DNA of 64,000 bases from Takakia lepidozioides (GCA_030704615.1 CM060734.1:44268001-44332000); one strand, 5' to 3'; shown: positions 49,221-63,182, counted from the first letter of the stretch. Numbers and translations are program-made. The notes: generated by a model from the sequence alone, not told the origin.

Positions 49221-49673
49221 GACCAGGTGTCGAAATTTGACTAAGTCCGAATGTTGCACCGCTGTGGCGAGGGGCCTCGTCGGCTGATGCGTAGACGCAG
49301 TAATGAGGCCGTTCTCCCTCGGTCGTTTGCTTTCTTGGAGCACTTGCGGGATCTGTGCAGCATTCTGTGTTGGCTGTGGACTGCCTTGCGAGTGCGGTAA
49401 GCTTGTGCGATCAATTCTAATCCAAGAGACGACATCGTCTTTGTAACATCTTTTTCTCAAATTCTCAATCTTTTTCTCATCTCTTTAGAGTTACTCTCGC
49501 AGCTCATAGTCTTGATGAGAGGAGACCGTCTTTCAGAACTACTTATTCTCGGAGTTTTGAGGAGAAGAGATCATCTTTTGCCGGTTTGATTTGTTCTTGA
49601 TCCGATCCGTGATTCTGATTTTCTTCCTGCTGTCTCAAGCAGCGTCTTCGGGAAGGTGAGATTTGTGGACAAG

Positions 49674-52600
49674 ATGCCGGTTCCTGTGGTGGACGAAGAG
49701 TACAAGAAAAGTATAGAGAAGGCCCGACGCGATTTGCGCGCCTTCATCGCTGAAAAGAATTGCGCTCCTATTATGCTCCGGCTTGCGTAAGGCCCTGTTC
49801 CCGTCTGGTTACTAGTCATTTTTGTTCAACACATTATGTTCGGGGGGTTGAAAGTAGAAGGGAGGAGGTTGTATGCCGTCGTCCATCTCAGAATTGTGAA
49901 GATTTTTCGATCACAAATCATCTACTTTCATGCTTTCAGCCCTTGCTCAGACGTGAGGATTAGTATGAGGCATATCGAAATTTCTGGCGTAGACATATCT
50001 TTGCAATACGCGCATTTACAGCTATTCCTGCCTATGTGATCGAAACATTGAAACGCACTCATGCGTTCGCTAGACCATAAATAGACGAGATTTCAGCGTA
50101 AAAAAAGGGTTCTGCTCATACTGGCAATTCCGTGGAACACCGCCAAAATTTGTCTCCAAATTAATTCGTTCTACTTTTATCATCGGAGAGCCTCACTGCT
50201 GCATCTCGGGTGTTAAGACAGTGTTCAAATTCTGTTTGTTTGTTCTACAGTACATTGTAAGTGCTATCAGACGAAGATGGGCCTACAATAATTGAATCAC
50301 TTTCTCAGGTCTGAAAGTATGTTCTTTTCGTCATTCTCTTCTAGCCTCGCAGAGTTCGCTGACTGTTAGCGCTTGTGTCCAGATGGCACGACGCAGGCAC
50401 TTACGATGCACGCACGAAAACGGGAGGTCCTAATGGTTCCATCAGGAGTGAGCGTGAGTACACCCACGGTGCAAATAGCGGCATCAAAATTGCCATTGAT
50501 TTCTGTGGTACTTATTCGTGTCTCTTATCACCTACCAAATAAGAACTTTTGCAAGTATGCAGAGACTGAGGAAATAAAAAAGATTTGGATTGCTGGTGTT
50601 TGTCAATGATTTGGTGCAAATTTCCGGTGGTTAGAGCTTTGATGTCTTGTTCTGAATACTAGTTAAGCTTAAGGTGAACAAGGATGGGATATTATGGCCC
50701 CCCACAGCCCTGTCAATAAGTATCATCCTATTTCGTCGGAACTAATTTGATCAGTTAGTGGAACTTCGCAAGGAACCTGTCGATTTGAGAAATACTTCTA
50801 GCAGAAAATAAGGTGAAAGGTCATGTAGACAATAAATGGAGAACTCATACTTGACACATTCTAAGTAGTAGTGCTTACACTCTCCTATAGTTTTGAAGCT
50901 AGTCTGGCAGAGTGGGTCTTAAGGAGACTGAGATTTTGTGCAGAGACTCTGCCTCTCGATAGGTCTGGCCTCCTCTCTCATCCGATGTGCTTGATTAAAA
51001 TGCTCACAAGACTTGGAGTGAAGCAAAACTCTTCAGAGTCTTGCTTCGCATATGCTCATGAAAGCCACCCATCTCCTTGAGGAGCTTGTTGTGAGCCCAG
51101 GCTTATCCTCAAATTTGATTTGGATTTACCAATCTCGTCGTGGTGGCAGAGCAAATCAAACGAAAATGTCCTGTCATTTCATATGCGGATCTTTACCAGG
51201 TGAGTAGCTGGTGACATTGGATAGCTGATATTGCAATCTTTGATGTTGGTTAACGTGATTGGATCCAGTTAATCATTTCCAGTTACTCACTTAGATGAAA
51301 ATCTATTTGCTTCTGATTTTCACTGAAACAAATGACTCACTATATGAATGCAGTATTCTTTTCAGCAATATGCCAATGAAGGAGAACACATGTTCATCAT
51401 TTATTATCTATTTTATACTGTAAGGAGTTCACCATTTTGGATGACCCAAGGAAAAAGAGACTACATATAGGTTTATGACCTTCTTGTATACTCCATTCAT
51501 TGAGAGAGGGGCGACTTTCATGATGAGGACTTGCTATTTTGGGGGAATCTAAAAGGTTGGAAGAAGTGCAACATGTGGATGCCAGTGTGGGGACCAACCT
51601 GAAGAACCCAATGAATGCTCCCACTCTGATTTTGTCTAAAACTTAAGCACAAGGCACCCTTAAAAATATATTTCCTTTGCCTGAAATATGTAATGTTACT
51701 TGTACTCACAGTTAGCGGGTGTTGTCGCTGTCGAAGTTACAGGAGGTCCAACAGTGGAGTTTGTACCAGGACGCAAGGTGGCTTTTCCCCCCTTGCTAGC
51801 TTTGTTCTGGATTGCTTGTGTATGGTAATTTTATAGCAGTTACTTCCTGCTATATATGAGGAGGTTGATAGTCTGATACTTAGTGAGTGACCCTCATAAG
51901 GTTTAAAGACCACACCATTTCATTCAGTTACCTTGCAAATGCAAATGTGGAGTTTAATCAGCACTCTCGGTCACAGGTGGGGAGGGAAATTGTGTAGGAA
52001 GGTGTCCCAAGATCACAAATATTTGTTAGGAGTTTCTAATGTGTATTTCAGATGGTTACTCATGTATGAAGTACACCTCAATCTTACAGAGAATCTGCTA
52101 TTGAAAGAATTAAGGTCCACATGTACGCAAAGGCTTCAGATAACTTTAATTTCTGTGTGGTTACTAATGTAGTCAAAATTGATAAAATTTCTTTCTTTAG
52201 ACACAAAGGTGATGGAGCTGCCATTATATTGTAAGCTTGAAGTATGGATAAGTGATTGTGGATGTGGTTCTAACAGCTTGAGTTGACTAGGTGTATATCC
52301 ATTTGTTGGTTTGTTTTGCTGTGGGTTTGGTAGGATTCCATGGCCACCCCACCAGAGGGGCGACTTCCAGATGCTAGGAAGGGTATGTTCAACTTTCATC
52401 TTGGCTGCATTTTGTTATCAGATATCACCTATTCACTCTTATCAAAAGATTAGAGTACTTAGTAACCAATGTGAGTTATTTAGGTGGTGCTGGAGCTTTT
52501 CGAGTATGAAGCCCTGGAGGATGGTTGTCGACTGTGGCTCTCTCTCCTAATGATGCCATGCCATTCTACATTTTATCAGTTTGACATAAGCTGAGACATG

Positions 52601-55145
52601 ATTACAGTGGGAAGATCGTTATATTTAAGTCAATAGAAACCAAGCCTACAACCCCATCGTTTCTTCCACAGACCATTATCGAAAGAAGACAGTGGCAACC
52701 ATGCCGACGGTAAGCAGTCAGTTTGAAGGAAAGCTTATCTAAGTGTGTATGATTTGAGTTTGAATGTGAATCTGACAGCCATGCATATCCCTTGTTTGCA
52801 AGAGGTTTGAATTGCTCTGATAGTATTGATCTGGTGGACAGCTGCAATACTTGGATGAGACAACACAATGTTTTAGATGAATAAATTTTCATTGGTTCTG
52901 ATCCGGGGGGTACATGAACATAGGGCCACAACATCTGAAGGATGTATTCCGCCGAATGGGCTTGTCTGACAAGGACATTGTTGCACTTTCTGGTGGGCAT
53001 ACACTTGTAAGTATCCCACCTTACATTTTACCTGCAGCCCCAGAAAATAGCTTGATTGATATGGTTGAGTTTCACTCCCAAACCATTGATGCACTTGTGT
53101 GATAGAAAAGTTGAGTGTATGCAGGGGTTGTAACTTGGGTACAACCTTTGGTTCTTCACCGAGCCAAGTTTCAAGGACTCTTCTCAGAGCACTGTAGAGT
53201 CACAGTTCTTCTGCTAAATTTGCAGGCAATTACTGTTTGTGCCTTCCATAGCTGGCTTGTCCATAACTCGTCACTGCAATTGTGATATGACTAGAGTCGG
53301 CAGTCTAGCATTTGTCAGACGGAATGTCTTCATGGATGTCTGTGCAATGTCCCTTTCGTACGCATGGGCACGAGGAGGGAGAGAACTCAGCCTCTTGTTT
53401 GGTGCACCTGACATACTGTTAGGCTTAGGAAGCATAGAGTACGAGGTATCATAAATTAATGGAAAAGTCAGACATCATCTCAGAGAACAACACTGGTCCT
53501 TGTTCTTCTAGGGAAGAGGACACAAGGATCGATCTGGATTTGAGGGCCCCTGGACTTCGAATCCATTGAAGTTTGACAACTCCTACTTTCAGTAAGTCTC
53601 TCTCTCTCTCCGGATGGTTCCATGGGCCATCCGTGCCCCTCATGACTGTTCTTTCTTTCTTACTTTCTGTCTCACTTTCCTGTAACTGGGCGGTTGTTGA
53701 CTAGAGCGAACCACTCCAGGTTAGTCTAATAAGCTGAAACCCCTACGACCTGTGCACAGGAGGGTTACTACTCCATGCAGACAATACCCTCAAGAGTGTC
53801 ATAGCCAATGGTAGCAGGAACAGCCAATGAATATGTCTCCTTTAATACGTAGTCACATTTGTGTCCAGCTCTAGGGCTATCACAGCATACTTTCTAATAT
53901 AAAGTCAATGTGGTTATGCATACTAAACCAATGCTCCAATTCCTTGTAACCAGATTGCTGTTGGTGGTGCGGGAGACCTAGGGCAGGTTTTAGTTGAGTC
54001 TCTTATTCACTCTGGCAATCTGAAACCTACAACTAGCTCCAGGAGATTTTAGTATCGTGTAGGGACTAAGCTGTTAAGGGTACCTCATAGTCAATGTTTG
54101 CAGCGAATGGCCAACGACTCTCTCTTTATGCAATTCAAGCAATTCGCAGCAATTGTTCTGTTGTCAGGCCAAATCTGCCAGTGTCTTGACTGCCGGTCTA
54201 CATTTTTCATGTCCTGCACTAGCTTCCTGTTGTTAGTTGTGACACTGGCTGTAATTTTCCCTGTGTGTAGCTCTCTGCCTGGCAGGTCTGGTCTTGTTTT
54301 AGATATCAGTAGTTAGTACAAAATGAGAACGCATTTTATTTACTTCAGTTTGCTAAGGTGGTTTGACTATGGGATGATGACAGAGTACTGTTGAAAGGAG
54401 GGTCAGAGGGCCTTCTGCTCTTGCCAACGGACAAGGCATTGGCGGAAGACTCAGGATTCCGCCCATTTGTAGAACTCTATGCCAAGGTTAGTACCCCAGA
54501 CCTAAACAAGTTTTCCAAGAAATGGGCACAAAAGATCACAAGTATAATCCAGCTGGTCAGCAATCCACTTGGACTGCCTGTTTTCCAGAAATAGCTGCAG
54601 AAGTCAGCAAGTAGCTGCAGAGTGATGGGATTCAGAGGTGAAGTTCTGGAAGATTCGAGTAGTCTGTCCAGAGTTGGTAGAGGAGGAAAATAGAGTCAAC
54701 TTAGAGCTTACAATGGTTCTTAAGTGGGTTCCAAGTACGGTTATCTACTAACACTAGTAACATCAAATTAGATATCTGGGTGGCATCTCTTCCCCTCATC
54801 CGCAACCATAGCAGATGATTGACGGTACCACATTATTGAAATGTTTTGCACCTGTTAGGTCCTCCAATCTTGCCGACAAAAACTAATATGCATATGTTCC
54901 CTCCCCAACAGGATGAGGAGTTATTTTTTCGGGACTATGCGGAATCTCACAAGAAGCTCTCGGAACTGGGCTGCAAGGACACCTCACCAGCATTTGCATC
55001 TCAGTCTGCCAATAGCAAATCTGCCATTGAAGCTTATGAAAGTGTGACCACCATCTTGGGACAGGCCTCGGTGGGTGTGGCTGTTGCTACCATTGTTGTT
55101 GTTTTGAGTTATCTCTATGAGGCCAAAAGAAAATTGAAGAGGTGA
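49674..55145 (+). CDS. APX3: Peroxisomal-type L-ascorbate peroxidase (APX3-like), 9 exons: 49674-49786, 50383-50507, 51150-51199, 51712-51777, 52334-52382, 52924-53006, 53512-53591, 54384-54486, 54912-55145
   Basis: [46 protein letters not shown]. All introns are GT-AG and the exons join in frame. C-terminal TM segment plus basic tail (KRKLKR). Confidence 0.96.
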
Positions 55146-56601
55146 TTGGGAAAGATGCCACAGGGTAAGATATGTGAGATATAGGTAGTCTCGTGGGTCA
55201 TGCTCTACATGTCAGATGAGCTCTGTTATGAGGGTGTGGAAAAACACGCATGTCTGAGCAAAGGCATTAGAAAAGTCTACACCTTGAATACTGGCCGAAG
55301 TATGAATTCACTATAGCGTTGCATAGCAGTAAATAGCCCAGCTTAGTATGTACATTCCATGGATTGTTCTTTCTGCTAATGGTTTCAATGGAGCTATTTT
55401 TGGTCATTCATAGGTCCTGAATGTTGGAGAATAAAATTGGTTTTGTTTAGTTCAGGGCATCTGATTAATCAATCCTGATTTCAAGGTTCCGATTTGTGAT
55501 ACTGTATATGCCCCAAGTAACCTTTGAGAAGACTGTTAAAGAAATTGTGGTAAACTCTGTTATTTCTCCCATCGATTGCAGTCCTACAGCCTCATCCTTC
55601 TACCTTCTTGCACCAAAAAACGAGAGAGCAGGAGCTTCTGTGGGTGTACCTGCTTAGTATGTGCCTGAGGGAGGCTCTGAACCCGTAGTCACAAATTCAC
55701 GCCAAATTCCCTCAGAGTAGCGCCCTCCTGGACTCAAAAGAGAGATTTCCTGACCCGATGTTTGCAAATAGTGTGAATTCATTCATGCCCAAGTATGTGT
55801 AAGCTATGCTGCAAACTTGAGCACAGCCCCCTTTTTACCCAGCTGCGGAGGGAAGAGAGAAATGCGGGAAGAAAGACTTCAAAACTTGAATTAGTAGTGT
55901 CTCAGGTTTTAGAATATACATTTCTGAAAGTGCTATTGCAATGGGAGCAAATTACCTACTCAGCTTCAAGCTCATTACATAAGATCCCTGTAGAACGTAA
56001 AGTCCGGAAAAATCCACCACTGCATTATACAGCTGGTAACTCGACCTGCATCATGGCTTGAACTTGAGCAACAAGAAGAATTTTATTTCATTCTTCCATG
56101 AGGGGCTTGACTGAAACATGAATGACCACTGAAGCTACTCAGCAACTTGCAAGAGACTAGACAATTCAGTGCATGCCTGTTGAGTGTGAGAATCTTTGAA
56201 GAGCTTATACCCAATCCTCAGAAATAGGAATCCATTCAAGATAAATCCAAATATTGTGTGTTAGCCTAACTGGCAGATTCTCTTCCGAAAAAAAAATGGA
56301 TACAAAAATGCTCTTCTTCACCTCGTTAAAGTTAGAGGTGGCAATCAATATCAGAAGCATCCCATTAGCGCAACCATCAGAATACAGCTTCTACTCTGAG
56401 AGAGATCAACAGTGTGCCTGTTGTCAACCCTACATGTAGCATGCATATACCAGCGGGAATGACGGGAGAGACAGAGAGAGGTACTCAGAATAGTGCATCT
56501 GTTGCTTACACCCGGTAGGGATATAAGAGCAGGGATTAGGAGAAAAAGAGAGCAAGAAAGCGAATTCCTACATATTGACAAACAGCTAATCACCTAAAAC
56601 C

Positions 56602-57714
56602 CTAAACTAGGGGGGTTTCAGCAGGACCTTTCTGTAGCTCTGCCAATTTCTCCTCCCCAGCCATGGTGAGCATGCGGGGGTGGGGCACTAGGGCGCCTGA
56701 AACATCCCCCCACCAGTCTGGGTTGTTGATGTACCACTCCCTTGTCTTCCGTAGCCCTTCCTCCCAGGTAGTGCGCTCCTGCCACCCTAGATCTTTGAGT
56801 TTTGCATCATCCAGAAAGTAGCGCTGGTCGTTGAAAGGCCGGTTATCCACAAACTGAATCGATTTCTCGCAATCAAAGTTGAACAAATGGCAAATATCTT
56901 TAGCAACATCAATTACGCGCCGCTCCTTTTTGGTACCAATGTTGTATACATGACCAACCTCCCCCTTGTGCAGAACCACCTCAAATGCTTCAGCCACATC
57001 TTCACAGTACAGATAGCTACGCACATTGGAGCCGTCCCCATGGATGGGCAGTGGCTTGCCCTGCATAGCTAAGAGAATAAACTTGGGAATAAGCTTCTCT
57101 GGAAACTGATTCGGCCCATACACATTATTGCCCCGTGTGGTGATGAAGGGCAGGCCATAAGAGCGGCCATAGGCCATGACCAGCATTTCTGCCCCTGCCT
57201 TGGTGGCTGAGTAAGGATTTGTGGGAAGCAACTGGGATGCCTCATGGTTCCCCACAATGGCATCGGCCTCAGTCTCTCCATACACCTCATCTGTGCTCAC
57301 ATGGATGAAGCGGCGGATGATGCCTGTCACTTTGCAAGCCTCCAACAGCACGTGTGTCCCATAGATGTTGTTCTTTGTGAACTCGAAGCTGTTGCCGAAC
57401 GAGTTGTCAACGTGGGTTTGTGCAGCAAAGTGCATGATAGTGTCAATGCCCTCGGTAATGAGCAGGTAATTCACAAGATCTGCACTGGCAATGTCACCCT
57501 TCACGAATTTGAAGTTCCTGGAGGACTTGGAAGGAAATAGATTCTTGAGATTTGAGCAATAATCCAACTTGTCCAGCACCACGATCTTGTAATTCGGAAA
57601 ATTGCGAATCAGTCGATTGGCCACATGCGATGCGATGAAACCCGCTGCACCAGTTATCAATATGTTCTGCGGGGTGTACGCATTGTCCTTCGGGGTATGC
57701 ACTGCTTCCCCCAT
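56602..57714 (-). CDS. UDP-glucose 4,6-dehydratase (RHM-type N-terminal domain only)
   Basis: GAAGFIA, HFAAQTHVDNSF, HVSTDEVYG, YSATKA, NNVYGPNQFPEK. 370 aa with an intronless CDS and a probable 5'UTR intron at about 57790-58207. Confidence 0.95.
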   Translation of the reverse strand: MGEAVHTPKDNAYTPQNILITGAAGFIASHVANRLIRNFPNYKIVVLDKLDYCSNLKNLFPSKSSRNFKFVKGDIASADLVNYLLITEGIDTIMHFAAQTHVDNSFGNSFEFTKNNIYGTHVLLEACKVTGIIRRFIHVSTDEVYGETEADAIVGNHEASQLLPTNPYSATKAGAEMLVMAYGRSYGLPFITTRGNNVYGPNQFPEKLIPKFILLAMQGKPLPIHGDGSNVRSYLYCEDVAEAFEVVLHKGEVGHVYNIGTKKERRVIDVAKDICHLFNFDCEKSIQFVDNRPFNDQRYFLDDAKLKDLGWQERTTWEEGLRKTREWYINNPDWWGDVSGALVPHPRMLTMAGEEKLAELQKGPAETPLV

Positions 57715-59968
57715 CGCAACCTCGTTGAGAAGCTCTTGGTTGATCTGCGTGATCTTCCGTCAAACGCTTCTATATCAAACGGTCCAAATCTAGAGACACA
57801 ATCGCGTTCGTTGGAGTCCGTCTCAGAATGGTCAAAACAGAGAGCTTGCCCAGCTCAGCATTTGTACCATCTCCAGAGACACAGACACAGGGGATCACCA
57901 CAGATATCACAACCTAACAGGGCCAAAACTGAAAGCCCCGGTAAGAGTAATGTCCCGAATTTACAAGCCAGGAAAAATGCGGCTGAAGATACGAGATGCA
58001 AAAAGGGTACCAGGAAAAATCCAAGACGAAATCACACGCCAACCAAGAGATGGGAAAAGGAACAAACAACCAACCAAAACGAAATGCGGCCTCTACACAT
58101 ACAGACAGAACAAAAAGCTTCGCTCTTCAGACTCTCACGGCAAAAGCACCCGATGAATCCGAATGTAATGAACCAGCAAGTATAAACACCAGATCAATGC
58201 AACTCACCTCAGAAATGAAACACGATAAACGGAGGCGCGGACGTGATCACAGCCAACGATGCCACCGAGCAGAGCGATGGCGCTGGAGAGTAGGCGGGCA
58301 ACGAGGGTCGGAAGCCGCAGGGCAGTTGCAGCCGATTTATGCGCCCCCATCGTCGTCCTCTCCTCCGGAACCGGAACGCCCCATCCCCACCCCGTTCCAC
58401 CGTGTATCGCCCCCTCCATCCCCACAACTGCATGTGCCATGTCCCCATCTGAGCCTGCAATCGATCCCACCGGGCGCATTCCAAGCGGAACGGAGCACTA
58501 CCAGCCGAGAAAAGCTGGCAACCCACCGATTCCAGTTGAATCCATTGAACCCATTAAGACAAAACTGCACAGCTCTAATAGAATGCCCGGGGTTCAAATC
58601 CTGGGCACCACATGAGGGGGCTTGTATTGTATTGCATTGTTGCTCAGATTCATGTCTTCAACTGGAAAATGAGAGTTGGATTGTGAGGCCAGTTGGACAC
58701 GGAGCTATTATTCGCACTTTTCATCCAATCATGTCAAGAAAGATCCAAACAAACAACAAGCAACACAGAGAAAAGGAGAGAGATGACCCAATTTAGAGTG
58801 CACAGAAGTATATGCAGTCTTCCCCCATCCCCATTTATGAATGTGTTGGTGGGGGAGACTAGCTATGGCACTCACTCTCGGACTGTACAGGAATGCAGAC
58901 AGGATGGTTCACCTTGTGTTGATCCCTATTCATCAAAATGGTCGTAGTTTGTTAGAGACACCAAAAAGTTGTTGAGTCTGTTTACTCCAGGCGTTGCAGT
59001 CAGCAGATGTGACTACTTTAGTGTTGAGATCACCGACTCCAAGAGGTTTTGAGGACGACTATCGAGGGGGATTGACAGGACTATCCGGGGTTTTGAATTC
59101 ACATACTAAGTGCTTACATGTTCGATTCGTCAAGCAAATGAAAAATCGGAGAGAAGGATCGACAGCGCGGGAAACAAAGGGGAGGACGGTCCGAGAGGCA
59201 GACAGAAGTCAAAATTTTCATAACCGCAAAGTGATCAAACTTGCAGGTGCTGCGACCTCCAAAAGGTAGTTAGCCCCAAAAAGATATTACCATCCACCCG
59301 GAATCTCACTGCCAGACCTACTTGAGAATTGAACACCGTAACAATCTCTCATTTCTCTGCTCTCAGAGTCTCTTGATCTTTAAAACCTCACTTCCACTCA
59401 CTTTCCATGACCACTCCCCTCCCTCTTCCGGCCTCCAGTACTCGAACTCAGTGTTCTGCTAAATATCTTCTCTGACATCAACCCTTCACCCGAGATTCCT
59501 GACGGATGCAAATTATCGAAGGAAACCTCAGGTGGGGTCGAAGAGAAATCGTGAAGTTGAGAAGTATAGTAGGCAAGCAGAAGTACGTGGAGGGGAAGGA
59601 TGGGAAGGAAGTGTACTCGAGGCCATTTGCATATGTTGTATAAGTCTGTTTCTTGTTTCTAGATGGAATTTGTAACACTGAGAAGTTGCACCAGTTGAAA
59701 TTTGATCTTAACAAAACCCTACTCCCCCAGCAAGACCCAAATCCATACAACATACAATCGTTACAGTGTGGAACGATGGAGGTCAAAATTAATTGGCGGG
59801 CTTACCGAATATGTCTCAAATAAGGGATTTCTTACAATCCCCACCTCAGGATTTTGTCCCCTACTGTTAGTTGCCAAACAATCGGGTCGGGTTCCTTCTA
59901 TCAAACAATCGAGAGTCAAATGAAGGGGACCCATAATGCTACAAGTTTGAGGTGTTTAGAAGTCTGAT

Positions 59969-60050
59969 GTAGAGAGAAGAGAAGACGCCGCCAGGGCCAA
60001 CTAAGAGCCACTTCACCTTTGTGGCTACCGCTCCCTTTCGGGGGTGGGCT
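59969..60050 (-). repeat. Second copy of the 14303-14399 repeat, in the probable 3'UTR of the F-box gene
   Basis: agagaagac..aactaagagccacttc..ggctaccgctccctttcgggggtggg on the + strand. Confidence 0.6.
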
Positions 60051-60139
60051 GAAGAGTAATAGTGTACTGTAAACAAACTGTCAAAGTGGACTACTTATAC
60101 AATCACTTGAGTTCCGAATTAATTGAGTACTGTGGACAA

Positions 60140-61273
60140 TCAGATCTCCAAAGAACATGTCATTTGAGTTACTCCAGCGAACTGATCGTCCCTCTCGAGC
60201 ACTTCCCAACCGCTGTTGTTGGTCTTCGTGTCTACTACGGCAGGTTGATACACCAACATCTTGTAACTGTGATCCTCGTCGCTCCGTGAAGGTCCAGAAA
60301 CTATGATTGCATTGTTGGCAGCAGTAACACAGACAGGGGTTAGGTCCCATTTTTCTCCATCAGGTGGAGAGCTCAGCACTGACCATGAATTTTTAGCTGC
60401 AGAGTAGCGAACAAGCTGTTTTCCAGACAATGCATAAAGCTGCCCAGACAAGGCAGTCAAGACCCCTGGACTTGAAACTTGGGATCCAACAGCCCACATG
60501 TCTTCTATAGTGGTCCAAGTATTGCTGGCAGGATCATACACCTCCGCGCTCTTCACAAATTGACCTTGGAAATCTGTAGGATACCCGCTTACCACAAAAA
60601 ATTTTCCATCGAGTGTCACCCCTGAGCACTCATCCCTCTCCTCCCTCAAGCGCGGTAGGCTCTCCCACCGATCACTCTCAATGCTGTAAATCTCTGTTGT
60701 AGACAGAGCATTTTTGTCATTGTCGTGACCCCCGGCAACGATAACATGGTTCCCAATAGCTCCACAAGCAAAGAAAGAGCGGGCGGTGGGCATGTCAGCA
60801 CACCGGCTCCACGTTTGTGTAGAAAAATTGTACTCATAAACAGACCTGACAGTTTCCCAGGTTGATGGATTCCACCCACCGAAAACCACCAGCTTCCCGC
60901 TCACTGCGACCAATCTACTAAAAAGGGGAAGGCCTTCGGGTAATTCTGGGACTGGAGGCAGCCTCTCCCACACACGCTGCTGCTCGTCGTACATGCTAAC
61001 CCCATAAACGCGAGAAGATGTACACTGAATTGAATCGTGCTTCGCCAAACTTCTGTTGGGAAGAGCTTGCAACATGCACACGTAGTACTTGGTAGTGCCC
61101 GTCTTCTTCCGTTCCTCATAAAACTCTGCGCTGTTCACAAGGTCTCTCCATTTGCGAGACACCCCCTGCAGCCGCAAATGCGACTGCACTGGGACCCGAA
61201 GTAGACACAGGAGCGACACGTCGTCTGGCAGGCCTGGAATGAGACGCTGATCCACCTCAGTATCCATGCTCAT
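60140..61273 (-). CDS. F-box/kelch-repeat protein
   Basis: LIPGLPDDVSLLCLLRVP (F-box), followed by kelch repeats (VFGGW, ARSFFAC, VAGGHD, VVSGY). ATG at 61273 follows a splice acceptor near 61317. Confidence 0.93.
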   Translation of the reverse strand: MSMDTEVDQRLIPGLPDDVSLLCLLRVPVQSHLRLQGVSRKWRDLVNSAEFYEERKKTGTTKYYVCMLQALPNRSLAKHDSIQCTSSRVYGVSMYDEQQRVWERLPPVPELPEGLPLFSRLVAVSGKLVVFGGWNPSTWETVRSVYEYNFSTQTWSRCADMPTARSFFACGAIGNHVIVAGGHDNDKNALSTTEIYSIESDRWESLPRLREERDECSGVTLDGKFFVVSGYPTDFQGQFVKSAEVYDPASNTWTTIEDMWAVGSQVSSPGVLTALSGQLYALSGKQLVRYSAAKNSWSVLSSPPDGEKWDLTPVCVTAANNAIIVSGPSRSDEDHSYKMLVYQPAVVDTKTNNSGWEVLERDDQFAGVTQMTCSLEI

Positions 61274-62940
61274 CGAATTCGTCTCCAAGGCCCAGCTAGA
61301 TCGCTTGGCACACAACCTGTGCTACAGTAATTTTGAATTCTGAATCAAATCTAACCCACAAACGGCATGAGCGTTTGTGCTATGATGGGGCTGTGATGCA
61401 TAAGAGAGAGTCAAACAGACTGACAAACAAGGTCCACGACAAGAGCTCGATGTTAGTGCGCACCCCACTCTGCTTTCAGATCAGCAGGCTCAAGAAAGAT
61501 ATGGGTTTCGAGCTCGTCTAGACCCCAAGTGTAATCTTCCAATCAATGTCAGGTAGAGTGAGAGATGAAAGGCGTGCTGTGCATGCTTGCGATTGTAAGC
61601 GGATAAGAATGCAGATCAGATGTGACTGTTTTTTAGAGTATCAAGTACATTGCGTTTCTTTCCTTCCTTCTCACTTCTGTATATACTGTATCGCACCCTC
61701 ACCGTTGCTGAGGTGTATGCGGATAGCTAAAGTAGTATCCCTAATCTCCAGGACACTACCGGGAATCGACAGATGTCCCTCCAGATCATTCAGATTATTC
61801 TGGGCCCTGGCCTAGCACAAACACGTAAGCTTCCTCCGTACAAATCTGGTCCGTAAGCGGCCCAGACATTACTGGGCTTGTTCCCACTCTCTTTATTACT
61901 CACTCTTGTGGATTTCACGAGTAGGTACTAAGTTTGTTGGCCCGTGCCGTCGCTGCCTTACTTACAACTGGTCCTACTTGTCCTTCTGCGGAAAGCCTGG
62001 ATCCATCTCCACCTTTATCCTTGCCTTAGGACACACTCTTCACTCTGTAATCTCTTTCTTTTCCGATCTAGACAAATGCTACTTACTTAAATTGTTACGC
62101 TCTCGTCTCCACATGCACACCCGTAAAAGCAAGTCCTTGAAAACATACTAGAACGATCCAACTATAAGATCGCCCAATTCAGATATAGCTAATTTGACAA
62201 AGCTTGTTTAACTTTGAATGGCCTGAAAGACGATGCAGACGGATTACATCAAAAAAAGTCGTGAGTAACTAAGTACTAGAACATCCAAACGAATAGTTTG
62301 TTGTTAGTAAACACCGTCTCCGATTTCCTTAACTTACTATCACAGTGCAAATCGTGGCTCGTGGGAGGGAAGTACTAAAAACGAGCCCACTGTTTTACTG
62401 GGCCCACCATGCTTGTTACGTACACAATCTCCAAGCAACATGTGCACCCTGCCTCGGTGTTGCAGGCCGCCAGATCCCATCTCCTTCGAATCTTTGATGA
62501 CTTCACAACACCAAGTTAGAGGCAGACGATGAAGTCATCATGTACCGCATAGTGTGAAGCAGTTAAATCAGGCTGAAGACACGGCACCGCCTGCGAGCAA
62601 ATTCTGCAAAAGGTGCCGGTGGATGCCATACTTATACTCGAAATTACTGTGAAGAAAGAGCCCCGATCCTGATTCTCTCTATCGATCATACCCGTGCTAT
62701 GCCAACCTTACTACAAAGCTCAAGCCAACAACCCCCTCGATTTTTTCATTCTACCCTGCACGACTGTATTGTTCAGATCTAGCAAGGGATGCAGCATAAT
62801 CCCTGCCGATCGTGGCATCTTGTAACCATCAAACAAGTCCCACCGAATCTCCCACCACCATGCTCGCATTGTTGGTTACCAAATTTCTGTGGAGAGACGA
62901 CTTGGTGTGGCAGAGTCAAGCAGCCCTACTTGTGTGCGCC

Positions 62941-62977
62941 CAAGTGGGGCCTGAAGTGGGCCCTGAAGTGGGGTCCG
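62941..62977 (+). promoter_or_regulatory. Triple GTGGG(G)CC site-II/TCP-like repeat
   Basis: aagtggggcctg-aagtgggccctg-aagtggggtcc, about 210 bp upstream of the ATG at 63183. Confidence 0.4.
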
Positions 62978-63182
62978 ACTGCGCAGTACTTATCACCGAC
63001 CGCGCTTGTGGGTCCGGTCGGGCATTTCTGGATTTTCGGGCCTTCGCCAATGCGCGGCAGTCGATGATGATGACTCCATCCCTCATCTCTCTCTTTTTCT
63101 CTCTTCACTCAAATCTCAGTCAGTTGCACGGGGATGCTCAACAATTTTGTTCGGAGCCGTTTTCTCGTCTCAAAGCTTCATT

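Noticed and set aside
57625-58796. 186-aa and 266-aa + strand ORFs
   Set aside because: They are antisense to the dehydratase 5'UTR, intron and promoter, have low-complexity composition, and show no domain.
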